DNA of 64,000 nt, from positions 43,896,001 to 43,960,000 of the forward strand of contig NW_027361714.1 of assembly GCF_039654945.1 (NCBI RefSeq). Direction: 5' to 3'. The position numbers and the translations under genes were made by a program. The stretch is from Dendrobates tinctorius (lineage: Eukaryota). The notes beneath the pieces were generated by a model that did no database searches, was not told the origin of the DNA, and worked only from the letters and a program-made list of their open reading frames with translations. Positions 38,501 through 51,648 of this stretch are shown here, piece by piece; positions within the stretch are counted from its first letter, which is position 1; each line of letters begins with the position of its first letter.

Positions 38501-41020
38501 TTATAACTCGGTGTAGTGTGGGGTGGAAATACTGCTGGAGGGGCTGCGGGACACTTCGACAATGAGAGTGTGGAGAGAGGACTGGGATCGTGGTGGGGAA
38601 GGAACAGTTAGAGGTGATGGTGTGGAAAAAGCTACAGAATGGGTGGACATGTGGGAGGCAGAAGAGGTGGTGGGCGGTGGAGTGGAGGGTTGGGCAGGGA
38701 CTGTAGGAGCAGATGATGTTGATGGAAAGTTGTATGGGGAAGGAGTTTGGTACGGGGAAGGAGTTTGGTACGGGGCAGGTTGCTGGAAGTGGGGAGATGT
38801 CTGGTACTGGGGAGGTTGCTGGTACTGGTGAGGTTGCTGGTATGTAATAGGAGGGGGAGGATGGAAAGTGGCTGGAGGGGGTGCAGATGTAATAGGAGGG
38901 GGAGGATGGAAAGTGGCTGGAGGGGGTGCAGATGTAATAGGAGGGGGAGGATGGAAAGTGGCTGGAGGGGGTGCAGGTGGAGGAACTACAGTGGTGGGAG
39001 GTGGAGGTTGGGAGGTAACCTGCTGTAGAGCACCGTGGCACGAATGCATTACATGCATCTGCTGGGTAGGAGATAGTGTTGCCATGCGCTCCACAACAGA
39101 CCTGAAAAAGGTGTGGTTTGGCGAAGATCTTGCTTCTGAATGCATGGTTTGCAGAAGTGTCTTCACCTCCAGAATGCTGGAGTTGATCTGCTGAAAGCCT
39201 GCGGAGATTTGCTCTGACAAGACTTTTAGACAGTTCTGGAAAGATGCATTCAGATGCAAGAACTCTGGCGCATAACTCTTTTCCTGACCCCTCTGCCGCT
39301 GCCGCCCAGTACCCGCAGGTGTACTAGAGGTGGCAGGGGCAGAAGGGTGGGGTAAAGGGAAAGCGATCTCCTCACCAGCAGCTTCATGTAATGTAGGCGG
39401 CCACGATGCTCCTGTGCTGGTGGATGGGACAGATGGGTCGAATGTGTGGGAAGGCTGGGAAGGTGCAGATGTACCGGGGCGGTCGAAGTGTCCCTCGGTG
39501 CCGGTCTCCTCAGGGATCGCCTCAGAAGGGTCCAATTGTGCAGGCTCCCGAGTGCTGCTCACCGTGCTGTGGAATAAAGAGAAAAAAAAACAATTAAAAT
39601 ACTGACATGGTATGGCCCTGGCTGAAAAAAAAAAGTTACATCTAACATTTTTTTTTCACATGTGGTGTGTAATATTTACCTTCTAGTGACCATTGTTTCC
39701 CGGAGGAACGACAGGGCTTGTGCGTACTTGTACTTGCTCCTGCGTCCTCCAGATCCACTCGGGGCCCGCATCTCTTTATTGAACGATCCCTCACAGACCG
39801 CCACGATTCACAATTCTGTTCCCTGAAACGAGAAAGGAGTGGTTAGTATACATCAGTGTTTCCCAAACTCCAGTCCTCATGGTCCCCAGGGGTCATGTTT
39901 TCAGGATTTCCATAGTAAATAGAAATCCTGAACACATGATCCGTGGGGACCACGAGGACTGGAGTTCGGGAAACACTGGTTTACATCAAGCAACCGGTAC
40001 TGTATATACTTACGCTCTTTAATCTGGGCCCGAGCATCGAGGTCCTCCCAGCGGCCCACAAGGAGCGAACAGATTTCCTCCCAGAGTCGTCGGGTAACGA
40101 TAAGGTCAGCATGGCGGCGGTCAGCCATATTCCAGAGCGGCTCCCTTTCTCTGACGAGATCGATGAGGTGGTCCACATCGAGTCCTCCATCCTCACCGTC
40201 AGAGTCGGGAGCACGCTGTGAAGGCTGTTAAAGAAAAAGACAAAAATAACATAATTAGCCTCCACAAAAGAAATGAAATAAAAAGTGCAAAAAAACAAAG
40301 CAAAAATATTTATACTTACACGCTGGTGACCGCCGCGTTGCTGTCGCCGACGACCCTGGGAGGCACTGCGAGGACCTCTTGGCCGAGCACCAGATTGGGA
40401 AGACTAGAGAAGAAAACAAAAAATGTTATGTCTTTGGATGTAGGCATTTGTTTGCTGTGTGTGGTCTGCAGAACATTGTTTTCTATGTGTTGTGTGTAGT
40501 GTGATGTTGTGTTTCTGCGTTTGATGCAAAAAACTTACCAATTGTGAGCCCACTCCAAGTGTCTGTCCACCCCTTCCTTCTTCTTCTGGGAGCTCCTCTT
40601 CATCTTGTGAATCCTGTTTTGAAATAAAAGGCAATGAATAGACATATATTTACAGAGATGATGGATTTTGGAAATAAAAACTTACCGTCAAACGCTGACG
40701 ATGCGAGGGAGGGCTCCCAGAAGATGATGTGCTGTCTTCCTGGTGGCCACACTCCATGCCTGTGGGTGGTGTTCCAGCTGCTGCTGCATCTATTGGGCGG
40801 CTGTTGAATAAAGAGAAACAAAGGGCCAATGAATATCTTGATATTCAATAGCCCTAGTTTGGAGGAATGGGGGATTTGATAATTACCGTCTCTCATCTGC
40901 TGCTGGCCTCCCCTCCTCAGCATGTTCCATTTGCTGCTCCATTTGGGGTGGTGGTGGTGCTGATGGTGCTGCAGTGGTCTCCTGCCTTCTCCTGCGCTTG
41001 GTTGCTTTCTTGGGTGGCAT
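38501..41020 (-). pseudogene. Harbinger Myb/SANT-like (MADF) DNA-binding partner gene, about 7 exons (41020-40887, 40800-40686, 40613-40539, 40403-40320, 40224-40014, 39822-39680, 39566-38501)
   Basis: GT-AG junctions read at each boundary. MADF-like LIDLVREREPLWNMADRRH...LWEEIC...RWRSVRDRFNKE (needs two small frameshift corrections), KYKYAQALSFL; Pro/Gln-rich C-terminus. Confidence 0.8.
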
Positions 41021-41493
41021 GTTGGGTGTGGCTGTGGGTCCCACTGTCTTGCTTTTATATATGTCTTGTGGGCAGAGCTACTGAGCATGCTCAGACCAAA
41101 AAAACCGGATCCGGCTACCGGATCCGGCTTTCGCCGGATCAGGCGCATTGCGGCGCTCATAGGCTTTCATTGTGCGAAAAAGCCGGACGCGCCGGATCCG
41201 GCGTGTCCGGCTTTTTCGCCGGAGACAAAAAACGTTACAGTAGCCGTTTTTTCCAGACGCCGGATCGCGACACATTGCCGGATCCGGCGAAAACCGGATG
41301 AAACGCATGGCCATCCGGCGCGATCCGGCGCAAATGCAAGTCAATGGGGGGGAACCGGATCCGGCATTGCATTTCGCCGGATCCGGTTTTTGTCAAAAGC
41401 GCCGGATCGCGCCTGACGGCGAAAACCTGATGTGTGAAAGAGGCCTAAGGCCCCCCTTTGTACTTTTCTGCCTATCTTAAGCAGTCTGGCAAG

Positions 41494-44400
41494 ATGAAGA
41501 AGGCAGGGAGTAAGGCGCGTGGGCGTGGAGTTTCAGCAGGGAGAGGACGTGGGGATTCTGCAGGGAGAGGACGTGGGGGTTCTGCAGGTAGAGGACGTGG
41601 GGATTCTGGGCCTGCTGCGGGCACCAGTGGATCAGCATCCCCCAGTTTTAGCAGGCAACAGTCCTTTATGCGCAGCTTTGTAGGACCTGAACGTACCCCA
41701 CTGCTGCGGGAGGAACAAATTGAAGCCGTTGTCGGATGGATGGCAGCTAACGCATCGACTTCAATTACTTCCACAGCCTCTCAGGACCAGAGCACCGAAG
41801 AGCAACCATCTGTCTCTTCACCACCTGCCAAAGTGCCCAGGCAGTCAGAGAGACATGGACAGGAGCCATCACAGTCTCTACTTCTGTTCTCGGAATCTGT
41901 TGGCTTGGAAAGAGGGGGCCAGCCAAACAGCATTCCTGAATGTGAAGAAGAGGGAGTATGCAGTGATGCGCAACTTCTTTGTCCCTCTGAATCTGAAGAG
42001 GCGAGTGGGCCAGTGCCTATGGTCAGCACACCTCAGTACACATCAGATGATGACGAGACTCAGTTGCCACTTTCTGGTGCGTACGGTGCTGGCGAGACAA
42101 CCCCGGAGAAGCAGCTGTTTGAAGAGGGGAGGGAAGATGATGAGGTCCTTGACCCATCATGGCGTGAGGAACAGGAAGGTGGTGGGAGCAGCTCGGAGGA
42201 AGAGATTCCCCTACCGGCCAAAACAGGAGGCAGAAGGAGGGGGAAGACTTGGTTGCCTGTACCCTCCACTTCGGCAACCGTTAGGAGCATTCCTCATTCC
42301 AAAGGCAAAACGGGCACTCCCAAGACTTGCAGTGCGTGGTCCTTTTTTGACACAGTTGCAGATGACATTTGCTTTGTCAAATGCAAGCTGTGTCATCAGA
42401 AAGTCAAAAGAGGGAGAAATGTCAGCAACCTCAATACCACAAATATATGGAAACATGTGCGCACCAAGCACGAGTTGGAGTTGCAGAGACACCCTGAAGA
42501 CGTAGGCCAACGTACAGCACCACCTACCACCTCTTCAGTTCGTGTTGGGGCCAATTCCTCCAGCTCACACACTGCTGGTTCGGCTTCCTCACAGGATCGC
42601 CAAGGAAGAACCTCTGCCACTGTTGTCCGGAGACCCTGTCAGATTCCACCCATAGCAGCACGTTCCCATCCATCACAGCCATCGGTAGCACAGGCATGGG
42701 ATAAAAGGCGCCCTTACTCTGCAAACCATCCCCGAGCACAGTCTCTGAATGCTGGCATTGCCAAACTTCTGGCAGCTGAAATGCTGTCATTCAGGCTGGT
42801 GGACACTGACACCTTCCGGGACTTAATGGCATTGGCAGTCCCCCAATACAACGTGCCCAGCCGCTTTTATTTCAGCAGTCGAGCAGTCCCTGCCCTGCAG
42901 AAACATGTTGAGGGCAAAATAAAACATGCCCTACAAACGCCGTTAGTAGCAAGGTCCACCTGACCACCGATGCGTGGACCAGTAACCATGGACAGGGACG
43001 ATACCTTTCCCTCACTGCCCACTGGGTCAATGTTGTGGAGCCGGGTACAGATCTGGAGAGTGGCGCTGTACGTGTTCTTCCAACGCCACGGATTGCAGGA
43101 CTCCAGTCTGTACACATAGACTCCTCCTCCTACTCAAGTTCCTCAGAAACAGCAGAGCAGGAGCCTGTTACGACCGATATGAGCACAGCCGTGGCCAAAC
43201 GTCAACAGGCTGTACTCAAATTAATTTCTTTGGGGAATCGAAGCCACACAGCGCAGGAGCTCTGGAATGCTATCAAGCAGGAGAGCGATGTGTGGTTTGG
43301 GCCAGCGAATCTCCAGCCGGGCTTGGTAGTGTGTGACAATGGCCGAAATCTGGTGGCAGCTCTTGGCCTAGGCAACCTCACACACATCCCATGTCTGGCA
43401 CATGTGCTTAACTTGGTCGTGCAGAGCTTTCTGAGGGACTATCCGGATCTTGATGCACTGTTGCACAAGGTCCGCATAGAGTGCGCTCACTTGCGGCGTT
43501 CCAGCACGGCAAGATCGCGCCTCGCTGCTCTGCAGCGACGATTTGGCCTTCCGGAACATCGCATCATATGTGACCTAACCACCCGGTGGAATTCAACGTT
43601 ACATATGTTGGAGCTGTTGTGTGAGCAGCAGGCAGCAGTCATGGAGTACCAGCTGCATCAGGCGCAAACAAGTCGCACTGTGCGCCGTTCACACTTCAGC
43701 ACCATTGAGTGGGCCTCTATGAAGGACATCTGCCTCGTTTTGCGTGCATTCGATGAATCCACGCGGATGGCGAGTGCAGATGATGCACTAGTCAGCATGA
43801 CTGTCCCCCTTATCTGCCTGCTTCAACAAACACTGCAAGCACTAAGGGATGAGGTTTCGGAAGAGGTGGAGGATGAGGAGTCCCAAATGCCATCTGCTTC
43901 TGGACAGTCTGCGCTATGTGTTTCCTCACAAAGGCCTAGGCAGGGGACACTTTGTGAGAAGGATGAGGAGGAGTCGATGGAGGAGGAAGACATCTCTCCA
44001 GAGGAGGGAGGTACACAAACCTCTACTCAGTATGTACAGCGAGGGTGGGGTGATGCAGAGCAGGCCGAGGTCACGCCTCAAACAGGGGACAGCGGTTCTT
44101 TGGCAGTTGGGAGTCTGCAGCAAATGGTTGATTTCATGCTGCAGTGCCTGAGAAACGACCGCCGCATCGCCCACATTCTCGTCTCGGCTGATTATTGGGT
44201 GTACACCCTCCTAGATCCTCGCTACCGGGACAGCGTACAAAGGCTCATACCAACGTTGAACCGGGAGCGTAAACTGCGGGAGTACGAAGAGTCACTGGTG
44301 CAGTCCATAATGTTTTCCATTCCACCCGACAGCATTGTTACTAGTGCTTTACAAAGCAGCTCTGTGCGTCGAGGCAGTGGAGGAAACTCTGCACAAAGAG

Positions 44401-44822
44401 GGAGCAGAGGCAGCGCCGCAGCACAAGGCAAGACCACTATGGCCCAAATGTGGCAAAGTTTTGTGTGTCCACCACAATTGTCTACACCATCAGCGACGCC
44501 TCGAGTCAGCAGGAGGCAACGCTTCCGTCAGATGGTGTCAGACTACATGTCTTGCCCTGTCACTGTACTCCCAGATGGCTCTTCCCCCTTCAAGTTTTGG
44601 GTCTCTAAGCTGGATACATGGCCAGAGCTTAGTCAGTATGCATTGGAGGTGCTGGCTTGCCCTGCTGCCAGTGTATTATCGGAACGCGTCTTTAGTGCCG
44701 CAGGTGGTGTACTAACAGACCGTCGCACGCGACTATCTTCCGATAATGTTGACCGGCTGACTTTTCTGAAAATGAACAAGGCCTGGATCTCCAAAGACTT
44801 TGCCATTCCTCTTACAGACTAA
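41494..44822 (+). CDS. hAT transposase (BED zinc finger, RNase-H-like core, hATC dimerisation domain), about 1110 aa, one -1 frameshift at ~42935
   Basis: BED finger SAWSFF..VKCKLC..NTTNIWKHVRTKH; after the shift VHLTTDAWTS, YLSLTAHW, VCDNGRN, CLAHVLNLVVQ, TRWNST, LLDPRY, FWVSKLDTWPELSQYALEVLACPAASVLSERVFSAAG. Confidence 0.9.
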
Positions 44823-45037
44823 ATTAGTGGTTGGCAACTGTATCCAGGTCTGCTGGTGTGTTCATTTTTCTACCACCTGAACTATAATCCCTGTGCTTCA
44901 ACACAGCCAGTTGTCACTCAGATGTGTCGTCTGCACAGAGAAACACACTAGCTCCTGTGTTAGTGGGGTTCAGTAATGCCAGCTGATCCCCTGCTGTGTG
45001 GACGGCAAAGTCACCAGCTCCATCAACATTCAAACCA

Positions 45038-45443
45038 CTACTGATGTTTAACCGTGCCCAACTTAGGTCTCTGGCTCCACTGTCTCTACTATTTCCCCTG
45101 GCCTCCAACCCCGCCATCTACATCTCTGAAGTGGCGTCAGCACAATCTACACTTGTTCCTGTGGCTCAGTCCCATCAGTTTATCCCCTGATGTGTGTCCG
45201 GCAAGGTCTCCTGCTCTGTCCACATTCCCATAACCAGTAGTGGGAATGAGGACAGAGCTGGCGAACTTGCCGGACAAACATCAGGGGATCAACTGACGGG
45301 ACTGAGCACCAGTAACACAGGAACAAGTGTAGATTGTGCTGACGCCACTTCAGAGATGTAGCTGGCGGGGTTGGAGGCCAGGGTAAATAGTAGAGACAGT
45401 GGAGCCAGAGGCCTAAGTGGAGCATGGTTAGAATCAGTAGTAG
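45038..45443. repeat. ~400-bp palindrome 1
   Basis: Arms are reverse complements about a centre near 45235; each arm is a diverged copy of the 180-bp unit. Confidence 0.88.
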
Positions 45444-45497
45444 TCAACAACCTCCATAAAAACCGCTGCCCATTGGCCTCTGCATGCGGCATGCGTA

Positions 45498-47600
45498 ATC
45501 CTGGGCTCCAACAGCGTCAGTTGGTGTTCAGAAGTGACGTCTCCACAGAGCCAAACACATTCGTTCAAGTGTTAGTGGGGTTCAGCACTGCCAGCTGTTC
45601 TCCTGCTGTGGAGATGGCAAGTCTCCTGCTGCCTACACCTGCCAAAATCCAGTAGGCCCCAGCCTGCTCCACGTCTGATCCTGGGCTCCAACAGCGTCAG
45701 TTGGTGTTCAGAAGTGTCGTCTCCACAGAGCCAAACACATTCGTTCAAGTGTTAGTGGGGTTCAGCACTGCCAGCTGTTCCCCTGCTGTGGAGATGGCAA
45801 GTCTCCTGCTGCCTACACCTGTCAAAATCCAGTAGGCCCCAGCCTGCTCCTCGCCTGATCCTGGGTTCCAACAGCGTCAGTTGGTGTTCAGAAGTGTCGT
45901 CTCCACAGAGCCAAACACATTCGTTCAAGTGTCAGTGGGGTTCAGCAATGCCAGCTGTTCCCCTGCTGTGGAGATAGCAAGTCTCCTGCTGCCTACACCT
46001 GCCAAAATCCAGTAGGCCCCAGCCTGCTCCACGCCTGATCCTGGGCTCCAACGTCAGTTGGTGTTCAGAAGTGTCGTCTCCACAGAGCCAAACACATTCG
46101 TTCAAGTGTTAGTGGGGTTCAGCAATGCCAGCTGTTCCCCTGCTGTGGAGATGGCAAGTCTCCTGCTGCCTACACCTGCCAAAATCCAGTAGGCCCCAGC
46201 CTGCTCCACGCCTGATCCTGGGCTCCAACAGCATCAGTTGGTGTTCAGAAGTGTCGTCTCCACAGAGCCAAACACATTCGTTCAAGTGTTAGTGGGGTTC
46301 AGCACTGCCAGCTGTTCCCCTGCTGTGGAGATGGCAGTCTCTCCTGCTGTCTCCGCATTCCAAAGACAGTAGGCCTCTGCCTACACCCTCCTATTTCCTG
46401 GGCTTCAACACAGCCAGTTGTAGCTCGGAAGTGCCGTCCAAACGGAAAGAGACACTTGCTGCCGTGTCTCAGTGGGGTTCAGTAACGTCAGCTGTTCCCC
46501 TGCTGTGTGGATGGCAGTCTCTCCTGCTGTCTCCGCATTCCAAAGACAGTAGGCCTTTGCCTACACCCTCCTATTTCCTGGGCTTCAACACAGCCAGTTG
46601 TAGCTCGGAAGTGCCGTCCACACGGAAAGAGACACTTGCTCCCGTGTCTCAGTGGGGTTCAGTAACGTCAGCTGTTCCCCTGCTGTGTGGATGGCAGTCT
46701 CTCCTGCTGTCTCCGCATTCCAAAGACAGTAGGCCTCTGCCTACACCCTCCTATTTCCTGGGCTTCAACACAGCCAGTTGTAGCTCGGAAGTGCCGTCCA
46801 CACGGAAAGAGACACTTGCTCCCGTGTCTCAGTGGGGTTCAGTAACGTCAGCTGTTCCCCTGCTGTGTGGATGGCAGTCTCTCCTGCTGTCTCCGCATTC
46901 CAAAGACAGTAGGCCTCTGCCTACACCCTCCTATTTCCTGGGCTTCAACACAGCCAGTTGTAGCTCGGAAGTGCCGTCCACACGGAAAGAGACACTTGCT
47001 CCCGTGTCTCAGTGGGGTTCAGTAACGTCAGCTGTTCCCCTGCTGTGTGGATGGCAGTCTCTCCTGCTGTCTCCGCATTCCAAAGACAGTAGGCCTCTGC
47101 CTACACCCTCCTATTTCCTGGGCTTCAACACAGCCAGTTGTAGCTCGGAAGTGCCGTCCACACGGAAAGAGACACTTGCTCCCGTGTCTCAGTGGGGTTC
47201 AGTAACGTCAGCTGTTCCCCTGCTGTGTGGATGGCAGTCTCTCCCGCTGTCTCCGCATTCCAAAGACAGTAGGCCTCTGCCTACACCCTCCTATTTCCTG
47301 GGCTTCAACACAGCCAGTTGTAGCTCGGAAGTGCCGTCCACACGGAAAGAGACACTTGCTCCCGTGTCTCAGTGGGGTTCAGTAACGTCAGCTGTTCCCC
47401 TGCTGTGTGGATGGCAGTCTCTCCTGCTGTCTCCGCATTCCAAAGACAGTAGGCCTCTGCCTACACCCTCCTATTTCCTGGGCTTCAACACAGCCAGTTG
47501 TAGCTCGGAAGTGCCGTCCACACGGAAAGAGACACTTACTCCCGTGTCTCAGTGGGGTTCTGTAACGCTAGCTGATCCCCTGCTGTGTGGATGGCAAAGT
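45498..47600. repeat. 180-bp satellite array in two homogeneous blocks: type A about 4.7 copies (45498-46335) and type B 7 copies (46336-47600)
   Basis: Exact 180-nt periodicity is visible in the line layout. A and B share cctgggct.caaca, cagttg, gaagtg.cgtc, agtggggttcag and cagctgttcccctgctgtg. Confidence 0.97.
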
Positions 47601-47624
47601 CTCCTGCTGCCTACACAGTCCTAC

Positions 47625-48030
47625 TACTACTGATTTTTAACCGTGCTCCAATTAGGCCTGTGGCTCCACTGTCTCTCGTATTTCCCCTGTCCTCCAACCC
47701 TGCCAGTTACAGCTCTGAAGTGGCGTCTGCACAATCCACACTTGTTCCTGTGTTACAGGTGTTCAGTCCCGTCAGTTAATCCCCTGATGTGTGTCCGGCA
47801 ATGTCGCCTGCTCTGTCCACATTCCCATGGGAATGTGGACAGAGCAGGCGACATTGCCGGACACACATCAGGGGATTAACTGACGGGACTGAACACCTGT
47901 AACACAGGAACAAGTGTGGATTGTGCAGACGCCACTTCGGAGCTGTAACTGGCGGGGTTGGAGGACAGGGGAAATACGAAAATCAGTGAAGCCACAGGCC
48001 TAAGTGGAGCTTGGTTAAAATTAGTAGAAG
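47625..48030. repeat. ~400-bp palindrome 2, no central spacer
   Basis: Centre cattcccatgggaatg at ~47828; homologous to palindrome 1. Confidence 0.9.
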
Positions 48031-49149
48031 TCTACAACCGATCTTAAAATGTCTTCAATGCAGCCTCAGCCTGCTCCGTACTTGTCCCTGGGCTTCAACA
48101 CAGCCAGTTGTTGCTCGGAAGTGCCGTCTTCACAGAGTAAAACACTAGCTCCTGTGTTTGTGGGGTTCAGTAACGTCAGCTGTTCCCCTGCTGTTTTGAT
48201 GGCAATCTGTCCTGCTGCCTCCCAATTGACAGCACATCAGGCCTCAGCCTGCTAAGTGCTTGTCCCTGGGCTCCAACATCGCCAGTTGCTGCTCATAACT
48301 GACTTTGGCACGGGTACTCCCTCCTGCCCAGCTTGGTTCCAGCCCTGCCTGCTGTTTCCGGGAAGTGTCAATGTCAGTTTGCCACCCCAAGTTGCCATGT
48401 CGTGTTGCGGTTGGGTTAGCCGAGGCTAGGGTGCCAGCAGTTTAGGTGCTTCCTATGTGGACTGCGGGTTCTGGTAAGAAAGGCTTGTTCCGTAGTGCCA
48501 GTAGGACAAGCACCCCCTGTAGGACTGTGTGATTCGGTAACTGCGGCCAGCTTGCGGCATGCCAACTTTGCTTTTCAGGGGTAACTTCAGCTGCCCCTCC
48601 GGGTTCCAGCACCGTCAGCTGGTTCTCGGCAGAGCCTTTGGCCTAGGTGCCTCCATCTCGGTATCCGAGTTCCGGCAACGTCTGCTGGTCCTTGGTAGTG
48701 CTTTGTAGCACAGGTACCTCCTGCTTAGTAACCCGGTTCCAGCACCGTCAGCTGGTCCTCGGTAGTGCCATTGGCTCTTGTTCATGCTGCTGCCCCTCCG
48801 GGTGCCAGTACCGTCAGCTGGTTCAAGAGGACAAAGAACAGGAAGACAACCACCAAGATGCATAACAACAAGAGAGAAGACAAAGAAGCATAAAAAAACA
48901 AAGCAGAAGAACATTAAGCATAAGACTAATACTCTGAGCAAATGATATCTTATTTATAAGCAGAAGAAGACTAAGCAGTGTATGGGGGTGAGTCCGTTCC
49001 TCCTCGTGGTGTCCCTGGAAAAGGCCTGCTGCTGCAGGCCAAACTGAACGCGGACAAATCCTGTTGTAAATCTTTTGTGACAGGCAGAACGGAAGGTGTA
49101 AACTTCTAACTTTTCTAGATAACAACTACAGGAATGCCTGACACAAATA

Positions 49150-49470
49150 AGAATATGATGAAGAAGAATAGGAAGAAGATGAAGAAGTTGAATATGTAGA
49201 ATAATAATTCTTGAATAAGAAGAATATGAAGAATGTAAGAAAAGGAAGAAGAAGAATGTAAAACAAGGAAGTAGAAGAATGTAAAAAAAGGAAGAAGAAG
49301 AAGAATGTAAAAAAAGGAAGAAGAAGAAGAATGTAAAAAAAGGAATAAGAAGAAGAATGTAAAAAAAGGAAGTAGAAGAATGTAAAAAAAAGGAATAAGA
49401 AGAAGAAGAAGAAGGTAAAAAAAGGAAGAAGAATAAGAAAGAAGAAGAAAGAAGAAAGAAGAAGAAGACA
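49150..49470. repeat. GAA-rich microsatellite/minisatellite
   Basis: (gaa)n with recurring gaagaatgtaaaaaaagg units. Confidence 0.9.
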
Positions 49471-50741
49471 TACATGTCTGGCAAAATATAAATGAGGCTA
49501 ACAGTCAATATCTTTGTAACTCCTGACGTCTTTAAAAAAAAAGTTTAATTCCTGCTATTCCATTTGATTGGGCTAAACCTCTATGGCTTTAATGTCTCCT
49601 CCACCTCCCACAATACATTCTACATTATTCTTAGTTGTTTTTCTTCATGTAGAATTAACCTACAAGGAAAGAAAGGGTTTTTTTTTAATTCCGATATTTT
49701 GGCCCCATTGACTTGCATTGGTTCCCGGTATCGGAATCGGCGATACCGATACTTTTTTTTTTTTTTTAAGATCGGCCGATCCATTCCGATCCGATATTTT
49801 CAAGTATCGGCTGGTATCGCTCAACTCTAGTAGTAAATTTAGGTCAACGTGACTTGCATTTATTAATAACATTTCCAATACACAGAAAATTTGGAAAACT
49901 ATGTTCCTTTCAACTTGTACTTTTTGAGCTTAGAAGACAGTCATACTAGACAGAATATGTAGTGAACATCATTGACCACGAGTCTACTTTATGTTGGCCT
50001 CACGTTAATAATCCTATCATTCCTATAGAATTTTAGTAGCCTGATAAGTTTAGGAGCAATTTTTTACATTTTCCAGGAAATTTTGCAAACCTATTCTTAG
50101 GGACCAATTCAGTTTTGAATTGGCTTTGAGGGGCTGACATATTGGGAACATCAAAAAATTACCCAATTTTATAATCTATACAGCTCTAAGTTTTCAAAAC
50201 TAGGAAGTTGGTTAACCCTTTGGGTACTTCACAGGAATTAAACACTGTTTCTTTCCTTAAAGTGACTTAATGGGGTTGTCCATGACTTTTATATCCTTAG
50301 GATAAATTATCAATATCTTTGCAGTGCATAGTGATATACTGATTTGAATAGGGGGTAGATCTGCAGTACATGTCCATGGCCTGAAATCTGTTGACGGAGC
50401 AGCACTCCACCACTCAGAACATCGAGTGCCATGGGCACCGGGAACAGCTGATTGGTAAACGCGCCGGACATCACATCCCCGTTGATCAGATATTGATGAG
50501 AAATCCTAAGGATAGGCCGCCAATATAAAGGTCTGGGATAACACCTTTAAAAAAAAAGAAAACACTATTTAAATCCTGTGAAATACCAAAAAGGGTTAAC
50601 ACACTTTACGTTGCTCTCTATGATTTTATTTTATTATTTATTTATTTTTATTTTTTTTACAGCATTCTCTGCCAGGTATAAGTTATATGCTTTGTTCTGA
50701 AGTTTGATTCACTTCTGAAAATATTTTTTTTTTGTATTTTA

Positions 50742-51167
50742 GGCTAGTTTCACACTAGAGCTTTGAGGCGCAGCAGAAGCTCCGCCCCCTGCCGCGCCTT
50801 CTCCAGTCAGCTCCCCCTATGGGCACAAGATGCTGCATGCGACCTGCGTACCCTATCTTTAGCATTGGGTATGCAGGCCGTGCGCAGGTATGCTTTTGCC
50901 GGCGCATGCGTCTTTTTGACGGTGCGCCAACCTGCGCCAAATGCATCGTGTTGCATTTTGGTGCGGCCGGCGCACCGTCAAAAGGACGCATGCGCCGGCA
51001 GAAGCATACCTGCGCACGGCCTGCATACCCAATGCTAAAGATAGGGTACGCAGGTCGCATGCAGCGTCATGCACCCATAGGCACAGCTGACCGGAGGAGG
51101 CGCGGAAAGGGGCGGGGCTTCATGGCGAGCGTCCGCTGCACCTCAAAACGCTAGTGTGAAACTAGCC
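50742..51167. mobile_element. Palindromic Harbinger MITE
   Basis: TTA|ggctagtttcacac ... gtgtgaaactagcc|TTA. Confidence 0.9.
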
Positions 51168-51409
51168 TTATTTTTTCTGCACAATAAATTAAATTAGAAA
51201 AATAAATCACTTTATAGCTCAGGTCGTTATAGAAACAGCAATATCTGGTAGGTATTTTTTTGTTTACACTGTCCATATTCATGAGCTCTGTATAACTACA
51301 CCCCCACACTTATTGACAGTTTTTTGCCTATGCACAGTTTACATAGGAAGCTGTCCATCAGTGATGTGGCAAGGGTTATACAGAGCTCAGCATTCAGAGA
51401 ACTGGTAGA

Positions 51410-51648
51410 TAGAGATGAGCGAACTCTAAAATTCAGGGTTTGTACTGGATGTGCAGTGCTGAACTCCGAACATGAACTTCTCCTGGAAGTCCGTTTTACA
51501 GTTTGAAAGTTCAGGGAGAGGGAGGGAGAGAGATATTTTCCAGATAAAAAGTGCGAGTCCCCAATTATTTCAATGGGGTTCAGGTTGGTTCAAGTTCGGG
51601 TACAGTTCTGATACCCGAACCGAACTTCCACAGATCCGCTCATCCCTA
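51410..51648. mobile_element. hAT MITE inserted in a T2/Kolobok-type MITE
   Basis: TIRs tagagatgagcg / cgctcatcccta; 8-bp TSD ctggtaga/ctgataga (1 mismatch). Confidence 0.8.

Noticed and set aside
41494-44822. Domesticated ZBED4/ZBED6 host gene
   Set aside because: Flanked by intact TIRs and an 8-bp TSD, so it is a transposon copy; no gene symbol assigned.
45498-47600. CRISPR-like array
   Set aside because: Whole units are repeated with no unique spacers, there are no cas genes, and the context is eukaryotic.
46431-47633. 400-aa ORF of 60-aa repeats
   Set aside because: By-product of a 180-bp (multiple of 3) satellite with one stop-free frame; GTG start and no known domain.
48954-49508. 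Hydrophobic Phe/Leu/Ser-rich ORFs
   Set aside because: Antisense translation of a GAA-rich simple repeat.
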